Source: Podarcis muralis (taxonomy: Eukaryota). Taken from it: DNA of 64,000 nt. Shown piece after piece: positions 62,421-64,000 of this stretch. A model generated the notes under the pieces. It saw nothing but the letters and a program-made list of their open reading frames with translations. It searched no databases and was not told the DNA's origin. Every line of letters starts with the position of its first letter. Position 1 is the first letter of the stretch. The DNA lies in assembly GCF_964188315.1 (NCBI RefSeq), contig NC_135667.1:9486001-9550000 (forward strand), read 5' to 3'. Position numbers and translations under genes: made by a program.

Positions 62421-62934
62421 TCTTTCGCTGGCACAGTAATATATGGCTGTGTCTTCTTGTTTCAGGCGGTTCATCTGAAGATGAAATCTGGAGTTGACCC
62501 TGGAGACAGTGGAACGCCCTTTGATGGTTGCAGAGTAGGTATATCTAGATGATGATTGATAAGCCCTTCCAGCCAACCATTCCAGCCCTTTCCCTGGAGA
62601 CTGACGGAGCCAGTGCATGTGAGCACCATAAAGATATATACTTGTTATAGAACAGGTGAGCCACACAGACTCTCCAGGCGCTTTTACTTCTGGCCCCGAC
62701 TGGGTGAGAACAGCCTGCAAACTGGCCCCTGAAAAGAGTAGAGGTGAACATAGGTTAACTAGCTGAATTTGTAAATAAATATTGTGGCTGGATCAGATTA
62801 TTATTTTTCTTGAATGGCATTTTGCTAAAAGAAATGCTACCAAAATGCAATTGCTTGCTCAAAAATATCTGCTGAAAATTTTACTTACAAGAAAGCCCAG
62901 TTATGAAGATGAAGGAACTCAATAGCCAGAACAT
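62421..62934 (-). CDS. IGHV: V26: IGHV family Ib, apparently functional, CDR-divergent
   Basis: Leader 62934-62889; V exon from 62728 QAVLTQSG...CSITSIYLYGAHMHW...YYCASER; perfect RSS 62420-62382. Confidence 0.9.
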
Positions 62935-64000
62935 TGTGAACACTGAAACAAGGAACCCTACTGGTGGCTGAAGCAGGTTCCGGGAAATCTTTGTGTGTTG
63001 TTACTTTTTTCCTGAGGAGGAGAAAAGTCGGCCTTTTAAAAGGAAGTGAGAGTGTATGAGTTTTACATATTCTGGGCGGGGTGAGGCATAGCTAAGATGA
63101 AAAGGGTGGCAGGCAGTGGAGAGAAGGCCTAAATGCTAAGGTTTTCCAAGTGGGATATCCAAATGAACTTCAACCATCAGAAATGCACACAAGGGACAAT
63201 TAATTGATTTCTTTCAGCTTCTGCCTTCTGGAAGAAGGTATAGGGTTATAAAGACCAGGACTAGCCGCCTGAGAAACAGTTTCTACCCAAATGCAATTCT
63301 GCTTCTAAACGCAGTATAAGGAGTCTCTATAGTACCGTATATTGTATTTTAAAATGGGGTTTCAGAGTTTTTAGGGGTTTTTAAATGTCTTATGTAGATT
63401 TTTCAATTTCAGTGTTCTGTATGGGACAATGACAATAAAGATATGGTATCATATCATAATTGGGAACTTCAAGTGAAAGGAATGAAGCTGTTCTTCATTG
63501 CAATGGAGCAGTGATGGGTGAGGGAAACTACCAGATTTTGACCCATGAGACAGATCTATCCAGCTCCACAAGGACTGTTGAGTAGAAGAGGCTTGTCATG
63601 CTTCAGAGGTTTATCAAAATACTGTGTCTTCCAGTGACCAACCACTGAGATCTATGGGATCCTCACAAGCAGGACATGAGTGAAATAGCCCTTTCTCTAC
63701 TTGTGATTCCCAGCAAATGGTATGCAGGGGCCTATTGCCTCTAAGAGTGAGAGGGTAAGCATAACCACTGCAAGGTATAGACATTGATAGCCTTACCTTC
63801 CATGAATTTTAAAGCCTCCCAGTTTGTCATAACCCTACCAAAGTGCATTTGTCTATAGCTATCAGATGCAGCTTTCCATGGTTCTTTGACCTCCTGGGTT
63901 TTTGTGTGGAGGAAAACCACTGTGCTGCCCCATGCTCACAATGCTGAATTCTCGTACATAAAGGCTAACAGGGGACTAGAGAAACCAGCTGTGTGCTTCT

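Larger units (their letters stand above)
55128..64000. repeat. Duplication unit E: third copy of the five-V cassette, cut by the window end
   Basis: Colinear with units C/D; 62.7-64.0 kb matches 38.8-40.06 kb and 50.8-52.09 kb. Confidence 0.9.

Noticed and set aside
2067-62934. T-cell receptor V array rather than IgH
   Set aside because: Octamer promoters in heavy-chain orientation, 46-nt leaders, W-x-x-Q-x-PGKGL-x-W and YYCAR motifs all indicate IGHV. A VH-delta-like origin of one family is kept only as a hypothesis.
1-64000. D, J or constant exons, or 12-spacer RSS
   Set aside because: None found by eye. Every credible RSS has a 22-26 bp spacer and follows a V, and no WGxG J motif was seen. 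Short D segments could be missed without a computational scan.
20610-64000. CRISPR-like or other prokaryotic repeat system
   Set aside because: Repeats are kilobase segmental duplications, microsatellites and vertebrate transposons; there is no repeat-spacer array and the genes have spliceosomal introns.

Overview
Eukaryotic, not prokaryotic, DNA: part of an immunoglobulin heavy-chain variable (IGHV) gene array from a squamate, most likely a lacertid lizard judging by the Sauria/Squam-type SINEs. I count 26 V segments (labelled V1-V26 left to right), all on the minus strand. 23 have a leader exon (46 nt; 58 nt in V1), a phase-1 intron and a V exon. All 26 end in a 23-type RSS, some degenerate. 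About 19 look intact, 5 are clear pseudogenes or defective ORFs, and 2 are atypical. No D, J or C segment is visible. A V2R (vomeronasal receptor) pseudogene fragment sits at the left edge. From about 20.6 kb the region is built of tandem segmental duplications: two 2-gene units of 5-6 kb, then three copies of a ~12-kb five-gene cassette (the third runs off the window). Unit junctions coincide with L2/CR1/SINE fragments. The strongest unexplained signals are: (i) a CTCF-like motif exactly 20 bp downstream of the RSS nonamer in two V subfamilies, paralleling mouse VH-associated CTCF-binding elements; (ii) two V genes with off-spec RSS whose reading frame stays open 160-190 codons past the RSS; (iii) CDR-focused, mosaic divergence between otherwise near-identical cassette copies; (iv) probable DNA-transposon excision footprints. 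Family labels (Ia, Ib, Ic, III, IV) are my own working names. All coordinates were counted by hand; TE boundaries are approximate.
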